A DNA stretch of 64,000 nucleotides from a bacterium (lineage in GTDB: Bacteria > Bacillota_I > Bacilli_A > RFN20 > CAG-826): contig CAVFKA010000006.1 in assembly GCA_963623195.1 (NCBI GenBank), forward strand, positions 102 through 64,101. The letters are read 5' to 3'. Positions 10,076 to 19,920 of the stretch are shown here, one piece after another. Numbering within the stretch: position 1 is the first letter of the stretch; every line of letters begins with the position of its first letter. The notes below the pieces were generated by a model that was given only the letters and a program-made list of their open reading frames with translations, was not told where the DNA came from and did no database searches. A program made the position numbers and the translations under genes.

Positions 10076-11656
10076 ATGAACAAACCAACTGAAAACGCCA
10101 TAAAATTCACAGATGAAATATATGCTATGCAAAAAGATGTGGCCAGCGCGTTACATATTTTCAACATAGATTATTTCTGGAAAGAGATTTTAGCCTATAG
10201 AGATCAGTATAAAGTCGAGCTTCCTATCGGCAAAATCAAAGGCAAGAAATATTATTTAACCTTAACTGATGGCATTATCGCTAAAATCCATAAATTTGAG
10301 AAAGAAACCACGGATTTCATAACTTTTGCTAGAAATATTAGGCTTGATGGGCAAAAAGGAGTTAGAGAAGTTCTTTTCACACCTATTCTTAAAAAAGCCG
10401 CAATACTAGAAAAATCATCCATTAACGATCTCTCTATCTCGATGTTATTGAAGTCTTTATATCAAGAAAACGTCGCAAATCATACGCCTGTTGTTAATTA
10501 TTTGTCTGCATTAGATGAATATTTAAATAAAACACCAGATACGCCTAGTGAGGATTTCTTAGGAAACGCTTTGCAGATGCTTATCGATGGGGAATTGATG
10601 GAGTTTTATCGCCAAAATGATTTCGATAATCGTGTGAAAATGCTTCAATATCGCACAAATCCTGAATACCCATACGCTCCATATGATATGGTTGAAGACT
10701 GTGTCTATAACTTGATGGAATGGTTAAAGGTAAACGAAAATGTCGATAAAATACCAACTTTTGCAAAAGCTGTTATTGCAACACTATATTTAGACTACAT
10801 TAAACCATTTTCCCAAAGGAACTCCTTGTTGGCTGCTCTTTTAGGAAAAGAAACACTGGCCAACTCTAATCGTTATCAGGAATCCTTCCTTTTGCCTTTC
10901 GAAGATCTCCTAACAGAGGCATTTTATACCTCTCAACCATACAAAGAGTCGAAAAATTCTTGTGATTTTACCTATGTAATCTTTAGCGCAATGGAGATTT
11001 TCCAAACCTATATGCGCGATATGAGAAATAAGTTGAACGAGCTTAGAACCAGCACGTTTAAGCAAGAATTTTCCTCATTGAGTGATGAAGAAAAGTCCCG
11101 AGCGTCATCCTTAGAAGAAAGTCGTGAGCAAAAACCAATCGAGCCAACGCAGCTTTCTTTATTAGAAACCGAAGAAGAACCGGTAAACGAAGAACCGATT
11201 CCTGAACCTATTAAAACGAACCCTTTAGAAAAAGAGGAAATTGAAGAAACTCCGATAGTTCCTAAAGAAGAGGAAACCTTTAAACCGGTTCAAGAAAAGG
11301 CTAAGCCTATTGAAAAAGAGACGCCAGTTAAGCCAAATATTCAAATCATTCAAACTCTTCAACCAGAAGGAGGAAGTTCCCAAATTGAAAATGAGGGTCT
11401 TTCAAAAGCTGAAATAAAGGCATATATTCAATATTTGCTTGAAACGAATATCACTCTTAATAAGAAACAGGCAATATTCCTTGCAAATCACAATACGCCA
11501 GGAAGATATTACACGATTCAGCAATATAAAAAGTTCGCCTCATGTGTCTATGAAACAGCGAGAACCTCGATGGATAAACTCGCTTCCGAAGGCTATTATG
11601 AGAAACTTCAATTCAAAAACAAATTTGTCTATACCCCAACAAAGAAAGGAAAATAA
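10076..11656 (+). CDS. Fic-like protein with degenerate active-site motif, acidic Pro/Glu-rich linker and C-terminal winged-helix-like domain
   Basis: AKAVIATLYLDYIKPFSQRNSLLAALL aligns to the Fic core ...IHPFxDGNGRxxR..., but His, Asp and the GNGR residues are replaced. Residues ~330-440 are low-complexity E/P/K. The C-terminal ~80 aa resemble the wHTH found on many Fic proteins. Confidence 0.5.
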   Translation: MNKPTENAIKFTDEIYAMQKDVASALHIFNIDYFWKEILAYRDQYKVELPIGKIKGKKYYLTLTDGIIAKIHKFEKETTDFITFARNIRLDGQKGVREVLFTPILKKAAILEKSSINDLSISMLLKSLYQENVANHTPVVNYLSALDEYLNKTPDTPSEDFLGNALQMLIDGELMEFYRQNDFDNRVKMLQYRTNPEYPYAPYDMVEDCVYNLMEWLKVNENVDKIPTFAKAVIATLYLDYIKPFSQRNSLLAALLGKETLANSNRYQESFLLPFEDLLTEAFYTSQPYKESKNSCDFTYVIFSAMEIFQTYMRDMRNKLNELRTSTFKQEFSSLSDEEKSRASSLEESREQKPIEPTQLSLLETEEEPVNEEPIPEPIKTNPLEKEEIEETPIVPKEEETFKPVQEKAKPIEKETPVKPNIQIIQTLQPEGGSSQIENEGLSKAEIKAYIQYLLETNITLNKKQAIFLANHNTPGRYYTIQQYKKFASCVYETARTSMDKLASEGYYEKLQFKNKFVYTPTKKGK

Positions 11657-11659
11657 TAT

Positions 11660-12016
11660 ATGAAAAACTCAATCTTAATTCTTGATGGAATGCCAGTTTG
11701 GCTCATCCCTGTACTCATTCTCGTCTTCTTTGGTGCAATTGCAGGTGGTGTTTTCTTGCTTAGAAAATACGCTAAGCCTTTCAAAAACGATGAAAAGCCA
11801 AAAACAGACAAGGAAATCGCCGAAGAAGAAGTATCCCGTTTAACCCAACAATTAAACGAAGAAGAATACGAAGCAGCAAAAGAAAGAAAAGCTAAAAAAG
11901 AAGGCAAGCCAACAGAAGAGGAAGCTCTTGAAGATGAATTAAGCAGGATGATCAAGCCTGTTGAAGATGAGAAAACCATTGAAGAAATGGAAAATTTCGA
12001 CAAGAACAATAAATAA
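11660..12016 (+). CDS. Small single-pass membrane protein with Glu/Lys-rich cytoplasmic tail
   Basis: One hydrophobic helix (VWLIPVLILVFFGAIAGGVFLL) is followed by a ~85-aa charged tail. It sits 3 nt after the preceding stop. Confidence 0.55.
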   Translation: MKNSILILDGMPVWLIPVLILVFFGAIAGGVFLLRKYAKPFKNDEKPKTDKEIAEEEVSRLTQQLNEEEYEAAKERKAKKEGKPTEEEALEDELSRMIKPVEDEKTIEEMENFDKNNK

Positions 12017-12017
12017 A

Positions 12018-13106
12018 GTGGCTAATTCCTTATATATTCACATACCTTTTTGCGCCCATATTTGCTCATATTGTGACTTTTCTAAAGTCCTTTACGATGA
12101 GAAATGGGCTTTTCAATATATTAAAGAGTTAGAAAAAGAAATAGACTCTTACCATATTGACCACAAATTAGAAACCATCTACATTGGTGGAGGAACTCCG
12201 ACATGCCTAAAAGATGAGCTTTTAGACGAAATACTAGCATATGTCTCCCCTCTTTTAAAAGAAGATGGGGAATTCACGATTGAAGGAAACCCAGAAAATA
12301 TAAACGAAAAGAAACTTTCAATTCTCAAAAAACGAGGGGTGAACCGTCTTTCTATTGGACTAGAGTCGTCTAAAAAAGAATTTTTAGATCTCATGGGAAG
12401 AAAACATACGTACGAAGACACAAAAAATGCGGTAAATCTCGCTAAAAAAGTCGGAATCAACAATATTTCAGTTGATATCATTTATGCTTTGCCCAAACAA
12501 ACCCTTGAAGATTTATCTGCTGACATCGACGCATTGCTAGCCTTAGACGTTCCTCACCTTTCATCCTATTCCCTTACTATCTCCAAAGGAACTCTTTTCT
12601 ATAATAAAGGATATAAAGAAACGGATGATGAGTTATCCGCGACGATGTATGAGCTTATATTAAATAGGTTAAGAGAAGCAGGTTATACCCGTTATGAAGT
12701 ATCTAATTTTGCTAAAGATGAACAATATTCAAGGCATAATCTCGTATATTGGCATGATAAGGAATATTATGGGGTGGGCCTTGGTGCTTCAGGGTATCTC
12801 AAAAACATCCGATATACTAATACAAGATCGTTAAAAGAATACTTGAATGGAAATTACATCGCCGAAAAAGAAGAACTAAGCATAGAAAGCCAGTTAGAGG
12901 ATTATTTTTTGACGAATTTAAGACTTTCTAGCGGTTTTAAAAAAGGCGATTTCCAAAATAGATTTGGCTTTTCTTTCTCTAGCAAATACAAAAATCAACT
13001 TGATAAATTAAAAAATGAAGGTCTCTTAGTAGAGGATGAATCATCGATTTTTCCCACGGATAAAGGCATTTTGCTTTTAGATAGAATCCTTTTAGCACTT
13101 TTTTAA
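12018..13106 (+). CDS. hemW: Radical-SAM heme chaperone HemW (HemN-like)
   Basis: CAHICSYCDF CxxxCxxC motif. It lies between lepA and hrcA as in Bacillota. GTG 12018 is chosen as the start; the ORF-track start 11961 overlaps the upstream gene. Confidence 0.85.
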   Translation: MANSLYIHIPFCAHICSYCDFSKVLYDEKWAFQYIKELEKEIDSYHIDHKLETIYIGGGTPTCLKDELLDEILAYVSPLLKEDGEFTIEGNPENINEKKLSILKKRGVNRLSIGLESSKKEFLDLMGRKHTYEDTKNAVNLAKKVGINNISVDIIYALPKQTLEDLSADIDALLALDVPHLSSYSLTISKGTLFYNKGYKETDDELSATMYELILNRLREAGYTRYEVSNFAKDEQYSRHNLVYWHDKEYYGVGLGASGYLKNIRYTNTRSLKEYLNGNYIAEKEELSIESQLEDYFLTNLRLSSGFKKGDFQNRFGFSFSSKYKNQLDKLKNEGLLVEDESSIFPTDKGILLLDRILLALF

Positions 13107-13112
13107 TAAAAT

Positions 13113-13139
13113 TTAGCACTAAAATGTTGACAGTGCTAA
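13113..13139 (+). promoter_or_regulatory. CIRCE operator 1 (HrcA binding site)
   Basis: TTAGCACTA-N9-CAGTGCTAA versus the consensus TTAGCACTC-N9-GAGTGCTAA. It overlaps the -35 box. Confidence 0.85.
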
Positions 13140-13154
13140 ATCAATACATATAAT
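13127..13154 (+). promoter_or_regulatory. hrcA operon promoter TTGACA-16-TATAAT
   Basis: Perfect -35 box (13127-13132) and perfect -10 box (13149-13154). Confidence 0.7.
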
Positions 13155-13158
13155 TAGT

Positions 13159-13185
13159 GTAGCACCGTTGAGGTAAGAGTGCTAA
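13159..13185 (+). promoter_or_regulatory. CIRCE operator 2
   Basis: GTAGCACCG-N9-GAGTGCTAA, immediately downstream of the -10 box and upstream of the AAAGGAGG ribosome-binding site. Confidence 0.75.
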
Positions 13186-13198
13186 AAAGGAGGAAGAT

Positions 13199-14299
13199 AT
13201 GACAAGAAGAGATGAAATTTTAAAGCTCATTGTCGAATACTTCATCAAAACGGCCCAGCCTGTAGGTTCTAAAACCTTACAAGAAGCGTACAATCTTGAA
13301 GTTTCTACGGCAACAATCCGTAACGAAATGAACGCTTTGGAAAATGATGGTTTCCTTGAAAAACCACACACATCCGCCGGCCGTGTTCCTTCTGAAAAAG
13401 GCTATCAATATTATGTCGATAATCTTAGAACAGGGAGTGTTGATGAAAGAGCTAAAAACGCCCTTCAAAGCGTACTTTCTGAAAGAAGTAAATCAGTTGA
13501 AGAAATAATTAAGGAAAGTTGCGAAATTCTTTCCCAAATGACGAATTTAACCTCCGTCATTGTCGGAAACGCTCTTGAAGAAGAACATTTGGTTTCAATC
13601 CAATTGACACCAATTGCCTCAAATACAGCAACCGCGATCTTCTTGACAGATAAAGGCCACGTCGAATCGAAAAACTTTGTTTTTGAAGAAAACATCGATC
13701 CTAACGATGTCGCAAAGACGATTAAACTTCTTAATGATCGTCTCTCTGGAACATCGGTTTCAGATGTCATTCCAAAGATGGAAGCAATGAAACCTGCCTT
13801 AACAGATTATGTCGTTGGGCAAGAACTCATTTATCAAGCGATATTCGGAATATTCAGTTCATTCGCTACCTCAAGGATGGAATTCTATGGCAAAGAAAAA
13901 CTTCTTAACCAGCCAGAATTCGCCAATGACGCTAAAAAAATACGCGAATTGCTTAAATTCATAGAAGATCCAACAGGAATAACTAGAGTCATCGAAAAAG
14001 GCGAGACCAAAAATGGCATCACCATTACGATTGGCTCATCTAACTCTGATAAGCTATCAGATCAGTTAGCTCTCGTATCAGCCGAGATTGATGTCCCTGG
14101 TGAAAAGGGCGCTAAATTGTCGCTTGTTGGCCCATCTAGAATGAATTACGACAAAGTTGTCACGACACTTGAATATTTCGCTGAGCAATTAGAAGAATAT
14201 TTCGGTGTTTGCAATAGAAAGGACGATGAAGAATGCAAAAAAGAAACGAAAAAGAGAACAACAACCTCTCAGAAAACGAAGAAAACGACCAAGAAATAA
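13199..14299 (+). CDS. hrcA: Heat-inducible transcription repressor HrcA
   Basis: N-terminal wHTH (ILKLIVEYFIKTAQPVGSKTL). It is preceded by CIRCE and followed by grpE-dnaK-dnaJ. Confidence 0.9.
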   Translation: MTRRDEILKLIVEYFIKTAQPVGSKTLQEAYNLEVSTATIRNEMNALENDGFLEKPHTSAGRVPSEKGYQYYVDNLRTGSVDERAKNALQSVLSERSKSVEEIIKESCEILSQMTNLTSVIVGNALEEEHLVSIQLTPIASNTATAIFLTDKGHVESKNFVFEENIDPNDVAKTIKLLNDRLSGTSVSDVIPKMEAMKPALTDYVVGQELIYQAIFGIFSSFATSRMEFYGKEKLLNQPEFANDAKKIRELLKFIEDPTGITRVIEKGETKNGITITIGSSNSDKLSDQLALVSAEIDVPGEKGAKLSLVGPSRMNYDKVVTTLEYFAEQLEEYFGVCNRKDDEECKKETKKRTTTSQKTKKTTKK

Positions 14300-14844
14300 A
14301 AGATAATAACGATTCTTCTACAAAGAAATTAGAAGAAGAGCTCAAAGCCGCAAAAGACGAAGCATTTGACTGGAAAAATAAGTATTACACCCAACTAGCC
14401 GATATGCAAAATCTTCGCAAAAGCCTTGAAGAAGATCATAGAAACGCCCTCAGATATCGTTCCGAAGGGTTCCTAGAAAACCTTCTTCCAGCACTTGATG
14501 GCTTCTATCTTGCTCTAAATGCTCAAGCAAATTCGCCTGAAGCAAAAAATTATCAGCAAGGATTCACCTATATATACAATCAAATCCAAAATGCTCTCGA
14601 AAGTGAGGGCGTAAGCGAAATTCTTCCAAAAATAGGTGATGAATTCGACGCTTCGAAGATGAATGCCGTTGATACGGTTGATGGTGATGAAAGTAACGAT
14701 GGAAAAATCGCCTTCATCTTCTCAAAAGGCTACAAACTTCACGAAAAACTTATTCGACCAGCTAACGTGAAAGTATATAAAAAGAAAGTCGAAACAAAAG
14801 AAAATAACGATTCTGCCGAATCAAAGGAAGCTAAAAAAGCTTAA
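14233..14844 (+). CDS. grpE: Nucleotide exchange factor GrpE
   Basis: Acidic N-terminal region, coiled coil, and a C-terminal beta domain (...HEKLIRPANVKV). The start is uncertain; ATG 14233 overlaps the hrcA tail by 67 nt. Confidence 0.85.
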   Translation: MQKRNEKENNNLSENEENDQEIKDNNDSSTKKLEEELKAAKDEAFDWKNKYYTQLADMQNLRKSLEEDHRNALRYRSEGFLENLLPALDGFYLALNAQANSPEAKNYQQGFTYIYNQIQNALESEGVSEILPKIGDEFDASKMNAVDTVDGDESNDGKIAFIFSKGYKLHEKLIRPANVKVYKKKVETKENNDSAESKEAKKA

Positions 14845-14858
14845 GGAGATAAAACATT

Positions 14859-16691
14859 ATGGCAAAAGAATTAATCGTCGGTATTGACTTAGGTACAACA
14901 AATTCCGTCATCAGCTATTTACAAGCCGATGGCAAAGTCAAAGTCATCCCAAATCCAGAAGGAACAAATACAACCCCATCAGTCGTCGCTTTTAAAGCAA
15001 GTGGCGAAGAGATCGTTGGCAATGCCGCAAAAAGACAAATGATCACAAACCCTGATACAGTACGTTCCGCAAAACGTAAAATCGGTCAAGACTACAAATT
15101 CAACATCTCTTGCTTAAATAAGCAATACACACCACAAGAGATTTCCGCAAAAGTCTTAGCATACATGAAATCCTATGCCGAAAAGAATATCGGACAAGAA
15201 GTTAAAAAAGCAGTCATTACTGTCCCAGCTTATTTCAATGATGCTCAAAGACAAGCAACAAAAGATGCCGGTACAATCGCTGGCTTAGATGTTGTTCGTA
15301 TCATCAATGAGCCAACAGCATCATGCTTAGCCTTCGGTATTGATTCCGATAAGAGCGGCACCGTCTTAGTCTTTGACCTTGGTGGCGGAACACTTGATGT
15401 CTCCATCCTTGAAATTGGCGATGGAACCTTCCAAGTCCTTTCCACAAACGGCGATACTGAACTCGGTGGCGATGACTGGGATAAGGCAGTCGCTGATTGG
15501 ATTCACGCTCAAATTCAAATCGAAACAGGCGTTGATTTAACCGATAAAATGGCTCAACAACGTTTCCTTGACGCTGCCGAAAAAGCAAAAATCGAACTTT
15601 CTAGCAGCTTAGAGACAACAATCTCTCTTCCATTCATCGGAATGGGTTCCACAGGTCCTATCTCCTATGAAGGAAAATTAACAAGAGCCAAATTCCAAGA
15701 TTTGACAAAAGGTTTGCTTGAACGCTGCAAGAAACCAATGGAAAAAGCCCTTTCTGACGCAAGTTTAACATATAATGACATCACAGACGTTCTTATGATC
15801 GGTGGTTCAACACGTATGCCAGCCGTTCAAGATATGGTTTCTCAAGTCTCTGGCAAAAAGATCAATATGTCCATCAACCCAGATGAAGCGGTTTCCATGG
15901 GTGCAGCAATCCAAGGCGGTATCATCGCAGGTGATGTCAAAGATGTCGTTCTTCTCGATGTAACCCCATTAACATTAGGTATTGAAACCCTTGGCGGAAT
16001 CATGACTCCACTCATTGCAAGAAATACCACAATTCCTACAACAAAGAGCCAAATCTTCTCCACAGCCCAAGATAATCAACCAGCAGTTGACATCATGGTC
16101 TACCAAGGTGAAAGACAAATGGCTCACGATAATAAACTTCTTGGCCATTTCCAACTTTCTGGCATCAAACCAGCACGTCGTGGCGAGCCAAGAATCGAAG
16201 TCACCTTCTCAATCGATGTCAACGGTATCGTTAAGGTTTCCGCAAAAGACCTCGATACTCAAAAGACACAAGATATCACAATCTCCGGATCCAACGGTCT
16301 TTCCAAAGAAGACATTGACCGTATGGTAAAAGAAGCGGAAGAAAACAAAGCTGCCGACGAAAAGAGAAAAGGCGATATCGAAGTTAAGAATAAGGCTCAA
16401 GTTTATGTTGACCAAATCAATCAAACATTGGTTGAAAAAGACTCCACAATGAGCGAAGAGCAAAAGAACGAATTAATCAAGATTCGTGATGAAGCCCAAG
16501 CCGCAATTCAAAACGACAATATCGAAAAATTAAGAGAAATTGTTGGAAAATTGGAAGATGCTGCAAATGCCGCAAACGCCTACCAGCAACAACAAGCCGC
16601 TTCAAACGGTGCTCAATCTGAAAACGCATCCGGATCTAATGATAACGATCAAGATGTCGTTGATGCAGATTTCACCGACAAAAAGGCTTAA
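14859..16691 (+). CDS. dnaK: Chaperone DnaK (Hsp70)
   Basis: [20 protein letters not shown] and a full Hsp70 architecture. Confidence 0.97.
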   Translation: MAKELIVGIDLGTTNSVISYLQADGKVKVIPNPEGTNTTPSVVAFKASGEEIVGNAAKRQMITNPDTVRSAKRKIGQDYKFNISCLNKQYTPQEISAKVLAYMKSYAEKNIGQEVKKAVITVPAYFNDAQRQATKDAGTIAGLDVVRIINEPTASCLAFGIDSDKSGTVLVFDLGGGTLDVSILEIGDGTFQVLSTNGDTELGGDDWDKAVADWIHAQIQIETGVDLTDKMAQQRFLDAAEKAKIELSSSLETTISLPFIGMGSTGPISYEGKLTRAKFQDLTKGLLERCKKPMEKALSDASLTYNDITDVLMIGGSTRMPAVQDMVSQVSGKKINMSINPDEAVSMGAAIQGGIIAGDVKDVVLLDVTPLTLGIETLGGIMTPLIARNTTIPTTKSQIFSTAQDNQPAVDIMVYQGERQMAHDNKLLGHFQLSGIKPARRGEPRIEVTFSIDVNGIVKVSAKDLDTQKTQDITISGSNGLSKEDIDRMVKEAEENKAADEKRKGDIEVKNKAQVYVDQINQTLVEKDSTMSEEQKNELIKIRDEAQAAIQNDNIEKLREIVGKLEDAANAANAYQQQQAASNGAQSENASGSNDNDQDVVDADFTDKKA

Positions 16692-16705
16692 TTCAACTAA
16701 CTAAT

Positions 16706-16737
16706 ATATAGAGGCGTCAGCTATGGCGCCTCTATAT
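16706..16737 (+). terminator. 11-bp stem hairpin between dnaK and dnaJ (attenuator or processing stabiliser)
   Basis: ATATAGAGGCG-10 nt loop-CGCCTCTATAT. The downstream T-tract is weak. Confidence 0.5.
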
Positions 16738-16761
16738 TCTCATTAAGAAAGGAGAAAAGAA

Positions 16762-17886
16762 ATGGCTGAGGAAAAAAGAGATTATTACGAAGTTTTGGGC
16801 GTAGCTAAAAGCGCAAGCAAAGAAGAAATCAAATCTGCCTACCGTAAATTAGCCAAAAAATATCACCCAGATATCAACCATGACGCTGATGCTCCAAAAA
16901 AATTCGAAGAAGTTCAAGAAGCCTACGATATCTTAAGCGACGACCAAAAACGCGCGGCTTATGACCAATATGGCCATGCGGCCTTCAACCAAGGCGGTTC
17001 AACAGGAGGAAGTGGCAATCCATTCGAAGGAGGAGGTTTCTCTTCTCAAGGTTTTGGTGACCTTAATGATTTATTCAACTCATTCTTCGGTGGTTCAAGA
17101 AGAAGAAGCCAAGCGCAAAGCGGTCCTCAAAAAGGAAACGATACCCTTTATAGCGTTAAGATCAATTTCATGGATGCAATCAATGGCACAAAGATAAGCA
17201 TTCCATTAACTTATGATGAACCGTGCGAATCATGCCATGGCACCGGTGCAAAAAGCGATGCAGACATCACTTCATGTCCTCATTGTCACGGCACAGGATA
17301 CGTCACTCAAAGAGTTCAAACAATCTTTGGAATGAGCGAATCATCGCAAGTTTGCCCAGATTGTCGCGGAAGTGGAAAGGTCATCCGTAACAAATGCCCA
17401 TCATGTAATGGCGAAGGATATCATAGAGTTCGCAAAAACATCGAGGTCAATATTCCAGCTGGTATCAACGTTGGACAACAAATTAGAGTCAAAGGCAAGG
17501 GCGAAAGAGGAATCTCCGGAGGTCCTAATGGAGACTTATATGTCGAAATTAAGATCGCGCCAGATGAAAACTTCACAAGGGATGGAAATGATATCCATAC
17601 AAACCTTGATTTAGGCTTTGCTGATGCTGCACTTGGAACTAACGTCGATGTTAAGACGGTTTATGGCGACGTTTCAGTCGAAATCCCTTCCGGAACGCAG
17701 CCTGAGGCTACCTTAAAACTTAAAGGAAAAGGCGTTAAGGATCTCCGTTCTGGAAAACCTGGGGATCATTACTTGCACGTTAAGATACACACTCCAACGG
17801 ATTTAAGCAAAGCGCAAAAAGAATTGCTTGAACAATTCCAAAAAGAGGAAAAAAGCAAGAAAAAATCCTGGTGGAAAAAACACTAA
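16762..17886 (+). CDS. dnaJ: Co-chaperone DnaJ (type I)
   Basis: J-domain with KYHPD, a G/F-rich region, and four CxxCxGxG zinc-finger repeats. Confidence 0.95.
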   Translation: MAEEKRDYYEVLGVAKSASKEEIKSAYRKLAKKYHPDINHDADAPKKFEEVQEAYDILSDDQKRAAYDQYGHAAFNQGGSTGGSGNPFEGGGFSSQGFGDLNDLFNSFFGGSRRRSQAQSGPQKGNDTLYSVKINFMDAINGTKISIPLTYDEPCESCHGTGAKSDADITSCPHCHGTGYVTQRVQTIFGMSESSQVCPDCRGSGKVIRNKCPSCNGEGYHRVRKNIEVNIPAGINVGQQIRVKGKGERGISGGPNGDLYVEIKIAPDENFTRDGNDIHTNLDLGFADAALGTNVDVKTVYGDVSVEIPSGTQPEATLKLKGKGVKDLRSGKPGDHYLHVKIHTPTDLSKAQKELLEQFQKEEKSKKKSWWKKH

Positions 17887-17893
17887 ACAAAAC

Positions 17894-17920
17894 AATCACC
17901 TCAAAAAAGGTGATTTTTTC
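17894..17920 (+). terminator. Intrinsic terminator of the hrcA-dnaJ operon
   Basis: AATCACC-tcaaaaaa-GGTGATT followed by TTTTTC. Confidence 0.7.
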
Positions 17921-17970
17921 TTTAAAAAAATCCTTTTTAAAGGTAGTATTTTTAAGAGGGTAAAATTATT

Positions 17971-18411
17971 ATGCCAATTTGCAAAAACTGTCACAGAACT
18001 ATACAAAAATTCGATAAAGATATGTGTCCATATTGTGGTACGGAAAATCCAATAGAAGATAATTATCAAACAAAAGATGTCACCGGATTTATCAAAACAA
18101 CTCATGTAGAAGGTGATTTATATAAGTCAAAATCTCGTAAAACAGCTGGTTTTTTATGCTTGTTATTAGGCTATTTAGGAATTCACAATTTCTATTTAGG
18201 CTTCATTAAAAAAGGTATCCTCGAATTATTAGCTTCCCTAATAATCATCGGAGGAGTTGGCTGCGCTCTATTTTTCTTGCTTGAGCCTTTCAAGAATGCA
18301 TTAGCATTCGTCTTGCCTTTCGCTTTGATGTTTGTTGTTTTCGCGATCATTTCAATTCGTTACTTCAAAAACGATTCTTTGGTTGACTCCAACGGAGAAC
18401 TTCTCAAGTAA
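17971..18411 (+). CDS. Zinc-ribbon plus TM2-domain membrane protein
   Basis: N-terminal CxxC...CxxC (CKNCH...CPYCG). This is followed by a TM2-like pair of helices (GFLCLLLGYLGIHNFYLG...). Confidence 0.6.
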   Translation: MPICKNCHRTIQKFDKDMCPYCGTENPIEDNYQTKDVTGFIKTTHVEGDLYKSKSRKTAGFLCLLLGYLGIHNFYLGFIKKGILELLASLIIIGGVGCALFFLLEPFKNALAFVLPFALMFVVFAIISIRYFKNDSLVDSNGELLK

Positions 18412-18412
18412 A

Positions 18413-19132
18413 ATGGAACGTTTTTTCGCTCAAATCAAAGACAATAAAGCGTTTTTATCAAATGAAGATGCCCATCATTTATTAAATGTCATGCGCGCTA
18501 AAAGCGGCGACAAGATAGAAATCGTAGATGAAGGGGAACTTTATTTAGCCAAGGTTAGCAAAACTTCTCCATTAGAAATAGAAATCATCGAAAACATCCA
18601 TAGACCAACCGAATTGAATTCTCATTTAGTATTAGCTTTTGCTTTATTAAAGGGTGGTCATGATGAACTTGTTTTGATGAAAGGAACGGAGTTAGGCGTT
18701 TCGACATTTTTGCCATTCATTTCTGAAAGAACAATCATCCGTCTTGATAAAAAAGAAAGAGAAAAGCGCCTAGAGAGATTCAAAAAAATCGTCAGTGGTG
18801 CCGCAAGCCAATCAAAAAGATTGATAACTCCTGAAGTTTTGCCTATTGCCGATTACAAAGATGTCTTGTCATTTGCTGCGGATAAGCGTTATTTAGCATA
18901 TGAAAACGTTTCTGATTCATCCTTCAATCTTCCAAAAGAATTCTCAAGCATTGAAAAAGATATGAATGTTATTTGCCTAGTTGGCCCAGAAGGCGGATTT
19001 TCGCCAAAAGAGGCCGAAATGGCAAAAGAAAAAGGATTTACATATCTCTCTTTAGGAAGAAGAATCCTCAGAGCCGAAACGGCATCTATTTATTTAGCCA
19101 GCGTATTTTCGATGTTAGAGGAAGAGAAATGA
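18413..19132 (+). CDS. rsmE: 16S rRNA m3U1498 methyltransferase RsmE
   Basis: MERFF... start, a PUA-like N-terminal domain, and the VGPEGGFSPKE knot motif. The ORF-track 5' extension overlaps the previous gene. Confidence 0.85.
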   Translation: MERFFAQIKDNKAFLSNEDAHHLLNVMRAKSGDKIEIVDEGELYLAKVSKTSPLEIEIIENIHRPTELNSHLVLAFALLKGGHDELVLMKGTELGVSTFLPFISERTIIRLDKKEREKRLERFKKIVSGAASQSKRLITPEVLPIADYKDVLSFAADKRYLAYENVSDSSFNLPKEFSSIEKDMNVICLVGPEGGFSPKEAEMAKEKGFTYLSLGRRILRAETASIYLASVFSMLEEEK

Positions 19133-19920
19133 GCTTATACGATATACTCGCCAAAAATCAGGCATCCACGCCATTTTCGCGTTCCCAAGAACAACTTTAC
19201 TATAATGAAAACTCCTATAGGTTAAACGGCTTGGAGAGCTATCAATATCTCGCCAATCCTATAGATTCTTTTGGCGTGGTGAGAGGAAACATCATTCTTC
19301 GTTCTCTAGAAAACAAAAAACTGATTGAAAAAGCCTACAAGCAATTTGCAAAAAACGAAAATTTTGAGGAAGAATCCTTTAAGAAATATATGGATAATTG
19401 CTTACTTTCCTTGCCTTATTTGAAATATAAAGACAAGAAAATATACGTTCCAGTCTTTCCTTTTTCTGTCTCTTCAATATATTCAGAAGATTTTGCAAGA
19501 TTAGGCGAGATGCCATATAAAAAAATCTTCAAACTTTATGAGTCCATCCTAATCGATCCTTTTGATTATTATGGATATGACATTTTCATTTCCTATTTCA
19601 CAAATCTAGTTTTGATCAGGAAAGAAAAGGAATCCGTAGCCTTATATGATTACGATGCGAGAAGCATATATTTCATTAATGATGAAGGAAGACTTGATGC
19701 AAAAATATGCCTTTTTGATAAATTTTTAACTCATCCCGCTTTAACTCATCTTACTCCAAGAATCGAAGAAGTCGTCGATGCTTATTTTGCAAATGACCGC
19801 GAAGCTCTCTTAGAAGCATTATCTAAAAACATGTTGATTTCGGACACTTTAATTTCAAAAATTAGAAAAGCCGATGCAAAAAAGGCCAAGAAAACGTCTA
19901 GAAAAGGAGAAATCTTATGA
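19129..19920 (+). CDS. Hypothetical protein (263 aa), no recognisable motifs
   Basis: ATGA overlaps at both ends (with rsmE and mtaB) argue for real translation. The ORF-track 5' extension is rejected. Confidence 0.5.
   Translation: MSLYDILAKNQASTPFSRSQEQLYYNENSYRLNGLESYQYLANPIDSFGVVRGNIILRSLENKKLIEKAYKQFAKNENFEEESFKKYMDNCLLSLPYLKYKDKKIYVPVFPFSVSSIYSEDFARLGEMPYKKIFKLYESILIDPFDYYGYDIFISYFTNLVLIRKEKESVALYDYDARSIYFINDEGRLDAKICLFDKFLTHPALTHLTPRIEEVVDAYFANDREALLEALSKNMLISDTLISKIRKADAKKAKKTSRKGEIL

Noticed and set aside
18332-18412. ORF-track 5' extensions of rsmE (18332), the 263-aa ORF (18973), GT4 (22198), yneF (36233), yhbY (43921), deoB (47672), aspS (57743), hemW (11961) and the MBL hydrolase (34965)
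   Set aside because: All the extensions overlap the 3' end of the upstream gene in another frame. Internal ATG/GTG codons with better context and family-typical N-termini were chosen instead.
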